Source of the DNA: Eledone cirrhosa
Taxonomy: Eukaryota
Assembly: GCA_964016885.1 (NCBI GenBank)
Contig: OZ024740.1
Location: 158,596,001 to 158,660,000, forward strand
DNA length: 64,000 nt
Direction: 5' to 3'
The position numbers and the translations under genes are program-made. The notes beneath the pieces are model-generated. The model made no database searches. It was not told the origin of the DNA and saw nothing but the letters and a program-made list of their open reading frames with translations. Shown in pieces: positions 23,704-36,972 of the stretch; within the stretch, counting starts at the first letter, position 1; each line of letters opens with the position of its first letter.

Positions 23704-24277
23704 GAGAATGGCTCTTATTTGACAAAAGTTTAATGAGCAGTATTGTAGCTGAAACTTTGAAGTCTCTGACACCCATTTTTCTTTGAACACACACACACAC
23801 ACACACAGCATCATCATACATCAGTTTTCCCTGCTATCATAAATCATATGTACATAGATATATAAACCCCCTCACACACTCACTGGCAGCTACACATAGG
23901 TACATGCAGACTTGCACATATTCACTCCTCCCACTCTCTCAAAACATTGCTCCCACACGTTGTTTTCTTATAAAATATATTTTTTGCAGTTATACTATTT
24001 TCACTCCTCCTCCTCACTTTTTATTCATGCAGTTTTGTTTTCCCTCCCCATCCTCTCTCTCCCTTCTCTTGTTCCTTCCCCTCTCTCTCATTCATCTTTT
24101 CCAAATCCCTTGCCAACATGCTGCCTTCCTCTCACTCTCAATCTTTCACTCACCCTCTCTCACTCCTTCTCCCCCTATATATTTTACCATTTTAATCTCA
24201 TGCTGCCTTTTTCTCCTTTTCCATCATACATAAAAAGCCCACCTATTCACAATTATTTCATGCCACCCCTAATAAAT

Positions 24278-24350
<73 letters not shown>

Positions 24351-24741
24351 TATATGTGTCTGTGTGTTAAACAATAAAACTAAAACTATCACTCTACTTA
24401 TGTAGTTGTTAGTAGAGAATGCCTCTAAAAAAAAAAAAAAGGTTTGTGAGGACCCTCCAGTCATGACATGACAGCCTCTTTAATGCTGGTGCCATGAAAA
24501 ATGCAACCTGTACACCCTGTAAGGTGATTGGGGATATGAAGGGCATTCAGCTGTAGAAACCTTATGAAAAAATGTTGACAGGACTCTCCAGTTGTGTTTA
24601 AGGGTATACAATCACTCTAGTATTGCTGATCTACAGAATAGGAAGGTTATCTAGTCATAGAAAACCTGCTTAATAAAGAGCCAGCAGGATTCTTCAGCTG
24701 TATCAAAGGTGTGATTAGCTCCCTAGGGAGAATGTGTGAAT

Positions 24742-25053
24742 CAGAGGTTCTCAAAGTGGACGCTACTGCTCCCTGGGGGGCGTTGAGAAATTCCAGGGGG
24801 TGGGGGGTGTAGAGATGATATAGTAGTATATTAAATATCAAATGATACATATATATAGTAAAATAAAAAATATATAATATTTATTTATATATAGTATATA
24901 TTATATCTATTATATATAAACTAACGATTTTATTTATTATATACAATTTACAATTTGCGTGTAGGTAGGTCTCTCTGAGAATAGGGTTGGGGGCGCTGAG
25001 AGTATTGCATGGCTGTGAGGGGGGGGGGGGTCTGAAAAGTTTGAGAACCTCTG
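24742..25053 (+). mobile_element. hAT (Charlie-like) MITE
   Basis: TIRs cagaggttctcaaa / tttgagaacctctg, with an 8-bp TSD gtgtgaat / gtgtaaat. Confidence 0.85.
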
Positions 25054-25456
25054 GTGTAAATAAATGTAAGCGAGCGTTAGGCCTGTAGCCTGTCTGAGAG
25101 GTCAGTAACTCTAAGTACTGACTTGGTCTCTGACAAAAAAGACTGACAGACATCAAACCAGAAATATATGTAAATATATAATAAATACATGTTAAAATAT
25201 ATTATACTAGACATTTTTTCAACACACTGACACTTGTATGAGTATATTGTTATAAACATGCAAACACAAGCACACTTACAAAAATACACACTCACACAAA
25301 TACATGTACATTTACACAAACACACACATACACACAGCGTAGCAAGTGGAACACCAGCTGCTATTTTGTTATAGTTTTTTTCACCATCCCCTTTCTTCCT
25401 TTTACACACACACACCACACATAGTGTGACAGATGGACGGATGGAAGTCATTTGAA

Positions 25457-25872
25457 TTTCATCATCATCATCACCGTTTTACGTCCGTTCTTCCACGCTA
25501 GCATGGGTTAGACGGGTTGTCCTGCTGTGGGCAGTGTCCAGTGGGCTGACCTTGTCTTGCTCATACGGGAACTGATTCTGGGTTGATTTCTACAGCTGGA
25601 TGCCCTTCTTAACACCAACCTCATGTACAGTGAGTGCTGGGTGCTTTTTTCCGTGGCGCCTACACGTCCACTTTACAATGTGGGCTGAGTGCTTTTTTGC
25701 CGTGGAATGATAGGGACCCCAGTCCTATCATCTCATTTCTACAGCTGAGTAAACTGGAGCAATGTGAAATAAAGTGTCTTGCTCAAGGAAACAACACATC
25801 ACCCGGTCTGAGAATTGAACTCACAACCTTTCGATTGCAAGGCCAATGCTCTAACCACTAAGCCATGCGCCT
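25457..25872 (-). mobile_element. Full-length composite SINE: tRNA head, CORE-like block, 48-bp modules and RTE tail
   Basis: The minus strand has A box TGGCTTAGTGG, B box GAGTTCAATTC, ccttgagcaagacacttta, gaagggcatccagctgtagaaa and aacccatgctagcgtggaa..(GAT)n. A second copy lies at 36603-36972. Confidence 0.85.
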
Positions 25873-26182
25873 TTATTTATACATAGATAATGGTATCACT
25901 CATTACACTGTAAATGACACAAAGTGAGTATGCAAGGAGATGATGGGTCTAAGACACACTTCTGAGAGCAGATTCTTTGGTGTCCAACCAGTAGAAAGAT
26001 CACAGCCAATAAGGACAAAACGTAATAGAAACAGAAGTGACATAGGTCTCAGATTAATAGACCTGTCTTTGATGTATAATACCATGAAGATGTCCGATAG
26101 ACAGCTGTTGGTGGGATCTTCTTTATATTGTCTTTGTTTTCTTTTTCATTCTCTCTCTTTGCTCCCATGGCCCTATCTACCT

Positions 26183-26546
26183 CTGAGGCCCTCAACATTT
26201 CTGGGCCACTGCCCCCCCCCCCCTCTCATCGCCATGTAATACACTCAGTAGCCCCAACCCTATTTCCAGAGAGACCTACCTACACGCAAATTGTAAATAA
26301 TTTATGATAAATAAAATCATTAATTTATATATAATAAATGATATAATATGTATAAATAAATATTATATATTTTTTATTTTACTATATTTATATATAATAT
26401 ATATCATTTAATATTTAATATATTATATCATCTCTACCGCTCCCCCACTGCTCCCTTAGGCTCCAGTGCCCTCTGGACCTTCTCAATGCCCCCCCCCCGG
26501 TGGTGGGGATAAGGGTGGTGGTGGTAGTGCCCACTTTGAGAACCCT
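26183..26546 (-). mobile_element. hAT MITE (same family as 24742-25053)
   Basis: Shared AT-rich core, ending cccactttgagaaccct. Confidence 0.75.
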
Positions 26547-26624
26547 ATCATGCTACCACCACATTAGGTTCCATTTTGCTGGGACTTTGGACCACCACAG
26601 ACCTTGACTGTGGCCTTCAGAAAA

Positions 26625-26788
26625 TCGTATATATTATATTATTTATTATATATAATTAACGATTTTATTTATTATATATTATTTTCAATTTACATGTAGG
26701 CAAGTCTCTCTGGAAATATGGTTGGGAGCGCTGAAGGTATGATGTGGCTATGTGAGGGGCAATAGCCCCAAAAGTTTGAGAACCTCTG
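26625..26788 (+). mobile_element. Partial hAT MITE, inverted relative to 26183-26546
   Basis: Ends aaaagtttgagaacctctg. Confidence 0.75.
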
Positions 26789-27305
26789 CTATAAGGTCAC
26801 TAATTGCTTATTGAGGTTGGAAAGTGCATTCTTCGCCAGAGAGGGACTCAGCATTCGTGACCATTTGTCTGTCTCAATAACTGGGCTATGTGGCGGTTCC
26901 TTCTCTAAAATGTTGATCTAGCTATATATATACATGTGTACGTGTGTGGGTGTTTTTACACAATTGTGTAGGCACACCTATATGAACCTTCCCCCTGTTC
27001 TACATTCTTTTTCATTCATAGATTTTTATCCACCCGCACCTATTTAGCCTTTGCCTTGCAGTTGCCTAACACCATCTTTTTTATGTAGGTGTATGGGTGT
27101 ATATATACATATATATATATATTTTTTTTAGTTGTTCTGGTCCTAGCGGCTCGCTTTTCGGTTGCTGGCTTCACTTTGCATAGCTGTCTAAACGTAATGT
27201 TATAACTCTAAGGTAAAATTCCTTATTGAGTGCTTTTGGCTGCAATTCCTGACAGCATTCGTTAGCTTGTCCGCAACCAGAGCTTCAATTATGCTGTACT
27301 ACCTT

Positions 27306-27357
<52 letters not shown>

Positions 27358-27404
27358 ACCATATCTGTCTATAATATACAGTTATATTTACACACACACA
27401 TTCA

Positions 27405-27577
27405 TTCGGTAGAGGGTCGGACGCCTTGCTTTGACGCAAAGAGTTACGGCCCTTGCCATTCTGAGTTCAAATCCCGCCGAGTTTAACTTTGCCTTTCATC
27501 CTTACGGGGTCGATAAAATAAAGTACCAGTAATGTACTGGGTATTTGATGGCCTTGTGCCAAAAGTAGAAACAATTA
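27405..27577 (+). mobile_element. tRNA-derived SINE
   Basis: gagttcaaatcccgccgag..gcctttcatccttacggggtcgataaaataaagtacc..gaaacaatt. Confidence 0.85.
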
Positions 27578-27745
27578 TGTATCTAATTCTGTGAATGAAA
27601 CAGAAGAGGGTATATTTATATATTATATGAGATGGAGTGTGCTTGCATTACTTATAGTGTATACAGTATGTGTTTGTGTTCATATACAAACACTCCCTTC
27701 CACTTTCATTCATAGAACTATCTGCAGTGACTCATTTATGCATGC

Positions 27746-27788
<43 letters not shown>

Positions 27789-27914
27789 TATGCAAATGCC
27801 ATTTTTATATATTTATGTCCTGTTTTCTTTCTTCACTTAGCCTATATTTATTTCATAATTTCATGCATGGATATATATTTATATATATATATATACATAT
27901 ATACACACTCAAAC

Positions 27915-28328
27915 ACACATATACATACCTCCCACATGTACACACACACACACACGTACATACCTCCCACATGTACACACACACACACACACATACATAC
28001 CTCCCACATGTACACACACACACACACCTCTCACATCTACACACACACATACATACCTCCCACATGCACACACACACACACAAACACACAGACACACACA
28101 TACATATCTCCCACACATGCACATGTACACACACTAACGCACACATACCTCCCACATGCACATACATACACACACACACACACACAAACATACATACCTC
28201 CCACATGTACACACACACACACAAACATACATACCTCCCACATGTACACACAAACATACATACCTCCCACATGTACAGACAAACATACATGCCTCCCACA
28301 GGTACACACACACACACACACACAAACA
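27915..28328. repeat. Minisatellite: catacctcccacatgta plus variable (CA)n
   Basis: About 11 units with a constant core and variable CA length. Confidence 0.9.
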
Positions 28329-28357
28329 TCTCCTTTTGGGGACACCCTGTATATGTA

Positions 28358-28389
<32 letters not shown>

Positions 28390-28392
<3 letters not shown>

Positions 28393-29060
28393 TCATCATC
28401 ATCATCATCGTTTAACGTCCATATTCCACGCTTGCATGGGTCTGGACGGGAGTTTTCCCACTTGAGGCAAGAGTGGTTGTCTTGCTCGCATAGGACTGTC
28501 TGGCGGGTTTTCTACGGCTGGATGCCCTTCCTAACACCAACCACATTTACAGTGTGGAACTGGGAGGTTTTTACCGTGTTACCTACACGGCCACATTACA
28601 GCGTGGACTGTGTGTTTTTTTGTCATGACACCTACACGACCTCATTTGTTTCGGGCTGGATGTTGTGACACCAACATAACTTTACATTGAAAGGGGTGAT
28701 GTGGATGGGGCGGGGGTAGTGGGACGAGGGTGTATTTTGTTAGAGGTGCCTACTGACTGTAGTAGGTTTCACTTTGTACTTAGGTAAGGCGGGTCTTCTC
28801 TATTACTGTGTAGCGCCAAAGCTCTCGGTCCAGTGACATTGTCTTGGAGAGGTGTAAGTGTGTGAGGTCGGAATTTATCAAGTCGTCCCAGGTTTTTCTG
28901 GGTCTGCCTACTCCGTGGCTACCGTCTATTTTTATTGCCCTGCACTTTTTTATACAGCTGTCGTCTTTCATGCGCATCACGTGACCATACCAACGTAGTC
29001 TTCTCTCGAGTAAACAACATCTGATCCCTCTTATTTCTAATTTCTCCCTTAGTACGTTTA
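28390..29060 (-). mobile_element. 5'-truncated RTE LINE with long UTR
   Basis: LREKLEIRGIRCCLLERRLRWYGHVMRMKDDSCIKKC..GRPRKTW..EKTRLT*, then UTR and (GAT)n tail. Confidence 0.9.
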
Positions 29061-29074
29061 TACACATACATACA

Positions 29075-29151
29075 CAGGGTGTTCCCCAAAAATGTATATA
29101 CATTTTGATTAGGATGCTGTTGAAGTGTGTATATATTTTTTGGGACACCAT
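29075..29151. mobile_element. Tc1/mariner-type MITE
   Basis: cagggtgttccccaaaaatgtatatac ... gtatatattttttgggacaccatg-ta. A solo end (ttttggggacaccctgta) also lies at about 28334-28352. Confidence 0.65.
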
Positions 29152-29168
29152 GTATATATAGTATAAAC

Positions 29169-29361
29169 GTTTTATACACTTAACCTGTATATTCTACCAT
29201 TGGTTTCTGGGGTCCAGTCATGATCACCACTGTATGATGGATATTTGTGTCCACATGCCTGAAAGAAGGGCCGGTTTAAAAGTGCCTCTTTCAATATATA
29301 GTAGTGGCCATGACTGGAACCCGAAACCAATGATAGCACATACATGTTAAGTCTATGAAAC
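29169..29361. repeat. Imperfect inverted repeat with arms of about 63 bp
   Basis: acttaacctgtat..ccattggtttctggggtccagtcatg / catgactggaacccgaaaccaatga..atacatgttaagt. Confidence 0.75.
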
Positions 29362-29485
29362 TTTGTTTATACTAAATAAGCTCTCTTTCAACAGATTGAG
29401 CATTGTTTTTGATGTTTCATATATGTATTTCTACCAACAACATATGTAAAACACGGACATTAAATGATAATGATGATTATATAAA

Positions 29486-29825
29486 TCATCATCATCATCA
29501 TCACCATTTTATGTCCATTCCTTCATGGTAGCATGAGTTAGACGGGTTGTCCTGTTGTGGGCAATGTTAGGTCGGGTGACCTTGCCTTGCTCATACGGGA
29601 ACTGATTTTGGCTTGATTTCTACAGCTGGGTGCCCTTCCTAAAACCAACCTCATTTACAATGAGTGCTGGGTGCTTTTTTTCTGTGGCGCCTACACGACC
29701 ACTTTACAGTGAGGGCTTGGTACCTTTTTTGTCGTCACACCTCCATGACGACTTTGCAGTGGGAGGGGATGGGGGCATATTGTCTATATGCCTCATTGTT
29801 GGCTTGTCCCCGTGGGAAGTTCGAT
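29486..29825 (-). mobile_element. SINE/RTE-UTR element with (GAT)n tail
   Basis: Homologous to 5371-5660. Confidence 0.8.
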
Positions 29826-29862
29826 ATATATATATATGAAAATGTGTGAAATCCTTGGTACA

Positions 29863-29865
<3 letters not shown>

Positions 29866-29893
<28 letters not shown>

Positions 29894-30297
29894 TTCGTTT
29901 AACGTCCATATTCCACGCCTGCATGGGTTTGGACGGGAGTTTTCCCACTTGAGGCATAGGACTGTCTGGCGGGTTTTCTACGGCTGGATGCCCTTCCTAA
30001 CACCAACCACATTTAGTGTGGAACTGGGAGGTTTTTACCGTGTTACCTACACGGCAACATTACAGCGTGGACTGTGTGTTTTTTTGTCGTGACACCTACA
30101 CGATCTCGTTTGTTTCGGGCTGGATGTTGTGGTACCAACATAACTTTACATTGAAAGGGGTGGTGTGGATGGGGTGGGGGTAGTGGGACGGAGGTGTATT
30201 TTGTTAGAGGTGCCTACTGACTGTAGTAGGTTTCACTTTGCACTTAGGTAAGGCGGGTCTTCTCTATTACTGTGTAGCGCCAAAGATCTCGGTCCAG
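29866..30297 (-). mobile_element. RTE 3' end with long UTR
   Basis: Homologous to 28390-28835, with a small internal deletion. Confidence 0.85.
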
Positions 30298-30844
30298 TTA
30301 TATATATGTATATATAAAGCCAGGAAAAATGCTACATCTACTGTGGAAAATGGCAGTTCTTTACTGTTACAGATGTGCAAGATACCCGTAACTGGTGCAA
30401 TGTCAGTGACATGTCCATGCATGAAAATGGTTAAATGGCTATCACACTAATTTTGTGGCACATTTATTTCAAGACTAGTAGTAAATTATTTGTTTTACTG
30501 TTTTACATCCTATGCAGCCCACTACTTGAAAAAAGTTGCCCATGCCTGTTCTAGACAGATGCTCTGACAAGGACTAAGGGTGTGGTCCATCATATTCTTG
30601 TTCACTATCTTGAGTAATTTTCCCACAATTGCTAGTTAGTCTTTGACCCTATACAAGGTACATCCATTATTTTTGACAGGTCTTGTTTATATCCTGTTAA
30701 GTTTCTTAGCAACCCTGCTCACCAGTCTAGACTAATGTGGGTGTAAGTTTAGTTGACAACCAATTGGACCCTATATTAAGTTGTACTGGTTTATATGTTA
30801 TTAGTAACGCTGAAAGCTGCCTTACATAATATATCCATATACAC

Positions 30845-31170
30845 ATTTATATCCTGTGAAGTGGTTGTGTTGGTGATATGACAAAAAGCATTCGGTCCAC
30901 CCTGTAAGGTGATCTTGCTTGTGACACAATGAAAAATTACCCAGTTCAACCTGTCAGCTGGTCATTTTGGTGCCGTGATAAAGGACAGCCAGTTCATGCT
31001 GTAAATGTGGTTGCCATTAGGAAGGGTATCCAACCATAGAAACCAAGCCAGAAGCAGCTCTGTATAAACGAGGCATGGCCACCTGATCTGACTTGTCTCA
31101 CAATGGGACAGCTTGTCTAACTCCTGTTAGCATAGAAAATGGATGTTAAACGGTGATGATGATGATGATA
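30845..31170 (+). mobile_element. Older SINE copy with several degenerate 48-bp modules
   Basis: Repeated ctgtaa.gtgg modules followed by attaggaagggtatccaacc and a (GAT)n tail. Confidence 0.7.
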
Positions 31171-31451
31171 TATGGACATATATATATAATATACTTACAT
31201 ATAACTGGGCAGAGTTTCATCTTGGGACAATTTTACTTTTAACAAATATATATACATTAAATTACACATACATATATGTGTTTACATACTTACATACATC
31301 CTGATAGCCAACTGCATACATACACACTAACACTCAGTCATGTTTTATTTTCTAATCAGAGAGAGAAGAGCAATGCCCATGATCCTTACAACATAATGGG
31401 TTCTGCGAAAGGCATCTATGGGCCAGGTGGTGGCATTGAACTGGGTTACAG

Positions 31452-31666
31452 TTTACCCTTTAGCATTTAAACCAACCATATCTGACCAGAATTATGTTAC
31501 TTCTTTCTGTTCAAAGCATCCATAACCAGCTGTTCATACAACTTTCAGGTATTGTTCTCAAAATAAATGATATCAACATCTCATAGATTCGATATTAGGT
31601 GCGATAAAGCCTTTACCATGAATATACAATAGTAATTATAGAGTAATGTAAATGTTGAAGGGTTAA
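31452..31666 (+). mobile_element. piggyBac-type MITE family A
   Basis: tttaccctttagcatttaaacc ... gaagggttaa. Confidence 0.78.
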
Positions 31667-32362
31667 ATCTACCATTCAAGTAGTCCACAGTGGGATTTGA
31701 ACTCAGAATGCAATGAACCAGAACAAATAAATACCATGAGGCATTTCAGCCAGTGCTCTAACTATCATGTTAATCCCTAGCCTTTGACTAGTACTTTAAT
31801 TTATTAACCTCCCAAAATTTTTAAAGGTAAAGTCGAAGAATTTGGACAGATTTGAACTCATTGCACAGACAGACTGAACATTAATTCTATTACACACATA
31901 CTTTAATGCACTTATATGCATGCATTCTTACATCTGTAGACATAGATGCACTCATATATATATATATATATATATAATAAAGAGGGTTTGGTAAGATACC
32001 AGGTGGACCATAATGCACTAAGTACTCGATACTTGGGGTAGTAGAGTGGGTAATAGGAAAATATTCTGGATCTAGCTGTCGAAACGGCCGGAGCTCAACC
32101 ATCGGGGTCCTGAATCTTTTTATATCATCTTCATCATCATCATTGCTTAACATCTATTTTTCATTTTAGCATGGGTTAGACAGGAATTGTCCCACTTGAG
32201 GCAAGTTGATCGGGTGACCGTGTTTCGCTCGTATAGGACTGTATCTAGCAGGTTTTCTATGGCTGGATGCCCTTCCTAACACCAACCACGTTTACAGTGT
32301 GGACTGGGAGCCTTTTTACTGTGTCTCTACACGACTTTATATATATATATAACACATATATA

Positions 32363-32395
<33 letters not shown>

Positions 32396-33284
32396 CTCTG
32401 AAAGTACTGTAGCTAGAGTCAGAACTGGTTGGAAAAAGTTCAGAGAGCTTATACCACTATTAGCCGCTAAAGGGTTCTCCCTAAAAATGAAAGGCAGGTT
32501 GTACGATGCCTGCATACGAACAGCAATGTTGCATGGTAGTGAGACCTGGGCATTGTGTGCAGAGGATATACGCAGACTAGAGAGGAACGAAGCTTGCATG
32601 CTCCGCTGGATGTGTAACAGTAATATACGTGAACGGCAAAGCATAAACGAACTAAGGAAAAAATTAGAGATAAGAGGGATCAGATGTTGTTTACTCGAGA
32701 GAAGGCTGCGTTGGTATGGACACGTGATGCGCATGAAAGTCGATAGCTGTATAACAAAGTGCAGGGCAATAAAGATAGACGGTAGCCACGGAATAGGCAG
32801 ACCTAGAAAAACATGGGATGAGCTGATAAACTCCGACCTCACACACTTACACCTCTCCAAGACAATGTCACTGGACCGAGACCTTTGGCGGTACTCAGTA
32901 ACAGAGAAGACCCGCCTTGCCAGTAGGCATCTCTAACAAAATACACCCCGTCCCGCCACCACCCCCACCCCATCCACACCACCCCGTTCTATGTAAAGTT
33001 ATGTTGGTGCCGCGCCATCCAGGCCGAAACAAATGAGATCGTGTAGGTGTCACGACAAAAAAACACACAGTCCACGCTGTAATGTGGCCGTGTAGGCAAC
33101 ACGGTAAAAACCTCCCAGACCCACACTGTAAATGTGGTTGGTGTTAGGAAGGGCATCCAACTATAGAAAACCTGCCAGACAGTCCTATGCGAGCAAGACA
33201 ATCACTCTTGCCTCAAGTGGGACTACCCCCGTCCAAACCCATGCAAGCGTGGAACACGGACGTTAAACGTTGATGATGATGATA
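32396..33284 (+). mobile_element. 5'-truncated young RTE LINE with uninterrupted ORF end and long UTR
   Basis: SESTVARVRTGWKKFRELIPLL..MKGRLYDACIRTAMLHGSETWAL..RRLRWYGHVMRM..GRPRKTW. A small deletion across the stop codon distinguishes it from sister copies. Confidence 0.92.
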
Positions 33285-33589
33285 TATATACACACACACA
33301 CATATACGTATATATATATACATGAATCTATTTGCTTATAAATGCATAGTTACATATACACATACACACACAGTCACATATACTTACATTAATTTAACGA
33401 GTTCACTAGGTAACCTGCTGTACTGCACTACTTCTGCACTATATACTAATGTTCTATTGAACAATGGATCATGTGCATTAAATGTGCCCTCAAATGTGCT
33501 GATTGCTTTGCAGCAGAAATACACTATATTCAGTCTTGGCAATCAATTTTTCCCTGATTTACTTCTGAATGACTTCTCACAAAACAGCT

Positions 33590-33955
33590 GTTCCTTCTTT
33601 ACTTCTTTCTTTACTTCTTTCTTTCCTTTTTTTCATTCTTTCTTTTTCTTTCTTTCTTTTTCTCTTTCTTTTTCTTTCTTTCTTTTTCTTTCTTTCTTTT
33701 CTCTTACTTTCTTTCCTCTTTATCTCTCACTTTCTCAATGTCTCTCTTGTCTTTGTGTCCACCCTCTCTGTCTCTCTCTCTCTCTCTCTCTCTTCACTCT
33801 ATCTGACTGGCTCTCTTTCTCTTTTCTTATTTCCAGTCTTTTTCTGTTTTCCTGTCTTTTCATTGGCTCTTTTTGTTTTTCTTTGTTATCTTTCTTTGTT
33901 GCTTTTCTGTTCTGCCTTTTTTCGTGTCTTCTCTGCCTTTTTCCTTCCTGTTCTG
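33590..33955 (+). repeat. Polypyrimidine (CT/CTTT) low-complexity tract
   Basis: Seen directly. Confidence 0.9.
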
Positions 33956-34824
33956 TACCAGCACACATAATAAACTCATATCTGTCTGCTTATTTAGCAA
34001 TACAATCGCAATCGCTAAATGCTTTGGCAAGGAGTTACAAGAGAAATGCACTTCTGCTGACGAGTTTCAACAAGAATGAAACATGTCCTGCACTGCTGTC
34101 TTCCATACTTGCCAAGATAAATATAATCTTTGGTCACTAACTAATATTAATTCTCTTTTATTTCAGTCAATGAGGGAATGTGTGTTAGAAAAGGTAGTCA
34201 AATCTTCAAACCAAACCCTGTCATCTTAGAAGACAGCAAGGACACAGTCGATAATGTAGTCCTTTTTTAAAATTATTATTACTTAGTCAGGAGGAAGGGC
34301 GATACTTGTAAACCTTTTATAAGCCTCTCATGGACAGGAGGGAATATGGTATCCTCAAACCAGAGATATAACCTCAATACTTGCTACAGAATAGACTCTC
34401 CTAAAGGCACCTAAGTAGATTATTGCAGGATTTGATTTCAGATCATAAACAGTCAGAAAAAATACTGCACCGCATCCTGTCAAACGATTCAACCAGTCAA
34501 CTGCCCTAAATTAGTACTTTATTTATTGACCCTTAGAAGGATAAAAGGCAAAGTGGACTGTGGCAGGATTTGAACTGACCACTCAGAGAGCCAGAATATA
34601 TATTGCAAAGCATTTTGTATGACACTCTAGTGCTTCTGCTAATATATTACTTTATGCTTTCATAAAAGAATTGTCAACAACCACCTAAGATGCCTTTCCT
34701 ATTATTAATCACTTTAGGTACCTTTCTTGTTACCAACCAGTTTAAGTACCCTTCCTTTCATCAAACATTTAAATGCCTTTCATCTTGCTTAACTACTTAA
34801 AATAGCCTTCCTTTCACCTACTTC

Positions 34825-35045
34825 TTAATGCTTTCGTTATCATATTTGTAATGAAGACACTGCATGTGATTTTAAAATCATTTTGAAAATTATCAAGAAT
34901 TTACAGGGATTTAGTAATATAATTTTCTCATTATTAAGCTGGATCAAAACTTAAGTTTCTTTCATAAAATTATGACTGAAGGTTTTTAGATATACATAAA
35001 CACTTTATAATAAAGTTTCAAGTGGTTTGGTATCAAAAGGGTTAA
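34825..35045 (-). mobile_element. piggyBac-type MITE family B
   Basis: Ends ggtttggtatcaaaagggttaa, the reverse complement of the 9798 and 51811 left ends. Confidence 0.65.
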
Positions 35046-35639
35046 GATGCCCTTTTATTGCCAGGCATTTTATATTGGTTTTTTAATTTGTCATAATGTA
35101 TTATTATATTCAATTTTTTCTTTTCTCACCCTCTCTTTCATTTTCTTTTTCTAGATTTTGTGTTTTGAAAATTCCCCTGCCTACAACTTGAACTAGCAAC
35201 CTCACGGATACTGATTATAATAGTGTATACTTTGATGAAGGTACATACTAAAACATATCCTACTCTATGGAGACAAAGAGACTGGTGAGTTGCATTTTGT
35301 TGTTCATCTTTGTTAATGCTTTAGTCAGAAGAGACATTCTGTCAATACACTACCCTGGACTGGTGCTTTATTTTATTGACCCCGAAAGAAGGGATATCAA
35401 AGTTAACCTTGATAGAATTTCAACACAGAGCATAGAGAGTTGGAACAATTACTGCAAGGCATTTTGTTCTCTGCTTTAACAACTCTGCTAATTCACCTAC
35501 AAGGAGTAGAGGCCATTGCAGTAGCAGTAGAAAAGATTAAGGAAACAGCATGTCTGTGGGCTAGAGATTAAAGTGTTGTTGTTGATATTCTTATTGTTAT
35601 TAGTTTTGGAACATCAGCAAAATAGTTGGCTCATTTCAT

Positions 35640-36250
35640 TATCCTCACCATTTTTACTTCCATTTTTCCATGCTTGCATCAGTTGGACGACTCCTCTCCA
35701 ACACAGCATCTTTCTACTTGTATTACTTTGCCATCTCCTTCATGAGGTTTAGCATTCTACGATAACTTTTCACTACTTCTACCCAAGTCATTATAGTCTT
35801 CCTTTTCCACAGTTTCATTCTACTTGGAACTCCTGGCACATCTTTACCCAACTGCCATCATCCTTAGGTATTATATGTCTGTATCAACATAGTCTTCACC
35901 TCTGCACACTACATTTGATTTCTCTTATGCTCAGTCTGTTCTTTTAGCTTATTATGTATTGTCATTTATGCACACCAACATTGCACATCCAGCAAAGTAT
36001 GCCCACTTCATTTCTTTCCAGCCTTTACAGATCCCCCGTATTCAAATCTCATCTCTTGCGACTGTGATATTATCATTCTACGTACACAAACATCATATAA
36101 TCCACCCTTCACTTGAAGTGAGATTCCTTTTGTTACCAGTTGAGGTAATAGCTCCTTGACCTTTCTTCACCTTGTTCTTATTCCAGCTGCTATGATTTCT
36201 TCTGATGAAACTAATTTCACTTCACTTTCTGCTGCGTCAAGATATTTAAT
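35640..36250 (-). mobile_element. Highly degenerate RTE 3' half
   Basis: Carries the tail tttccatgcttgcat and is similar to 11855-12702. Confidence 0.6.
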
Positions 36251-36602
36251 GAAGATATCTATATCATAAATTGCCATATCTCTCTCCCATCTAAAATTCT
36301 TTCAAACCAATGACATTACAAAAGCCAGCAATGGTCTTGCTATGTGGTCCCTTATCCTGCTAGAAACAATAGCTGTATCACCCTCAAATTACATCTTCAC
36401 AACCTTAAAAAAATTTAAGTTCACTTAGTATAATGTAATCATAGAAACACATTATATGAAAATAAAAATGAGATGGTCATAAGTTGAACATCTTAGATCA
36501 TAGGTCAGCTGCTCCAGTTGAATAACAACTATGCATCCACAAGGAAGCTTCTACATAGTCGCTTAAGCTGCTTGAAATAGCAGCCATATCACCTTCAAAT
36601 TT

Positions 36603-36972
36603 ATCATCATCATCGTCATCATTTTACGTCCACTTTACCCTGCTTGCAAGGGTGGGACGGGAACTGATTCTGGCTTGATTTCTACAGCTGGATGCCCTTC
36701 CTAACACCAACCTTTTTTTCCATGGCGTTGACACGTCCACTTTTACAGTGTGGGCTGGGTGCCTTTTTTTTTTTCCATGGCACCTCCATAACCACTTTGC
36801 AGTGGAATGATATGGACCCCAGTCCTATCAACTCATTTCTACAGCTGAGTAAACTGGAGCAATGTGAAATAAAGTGTCTTGCTCAAGGTAACAACACATC
36901 ACCCGGTCCGAGAATTGAACTCACAACCTTTCGATTGCAATACCAATGCTCTAACCACTAAGCCATGTGCCT
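36603..36972 (-). mobile_element. Composite tRNA/CORE/RTE-tail SINE
   Basis: The head is nearly identical to 25700-25872, with an internal deletion. Confidence 0.85.

Noticed and set aside
25790-25872. tRNA gene
   Set aside because: A and B boxes are present, but the sequence runs into a SINE body, is multi-copy and shows no convincing acceptor stem.
33322-34140. 272-aa Phe/Ser/Leu-rich ORF resembling a membrane protein
   Set aside because: It is driven by a polypyrimidine tract and has no recognisable domain.
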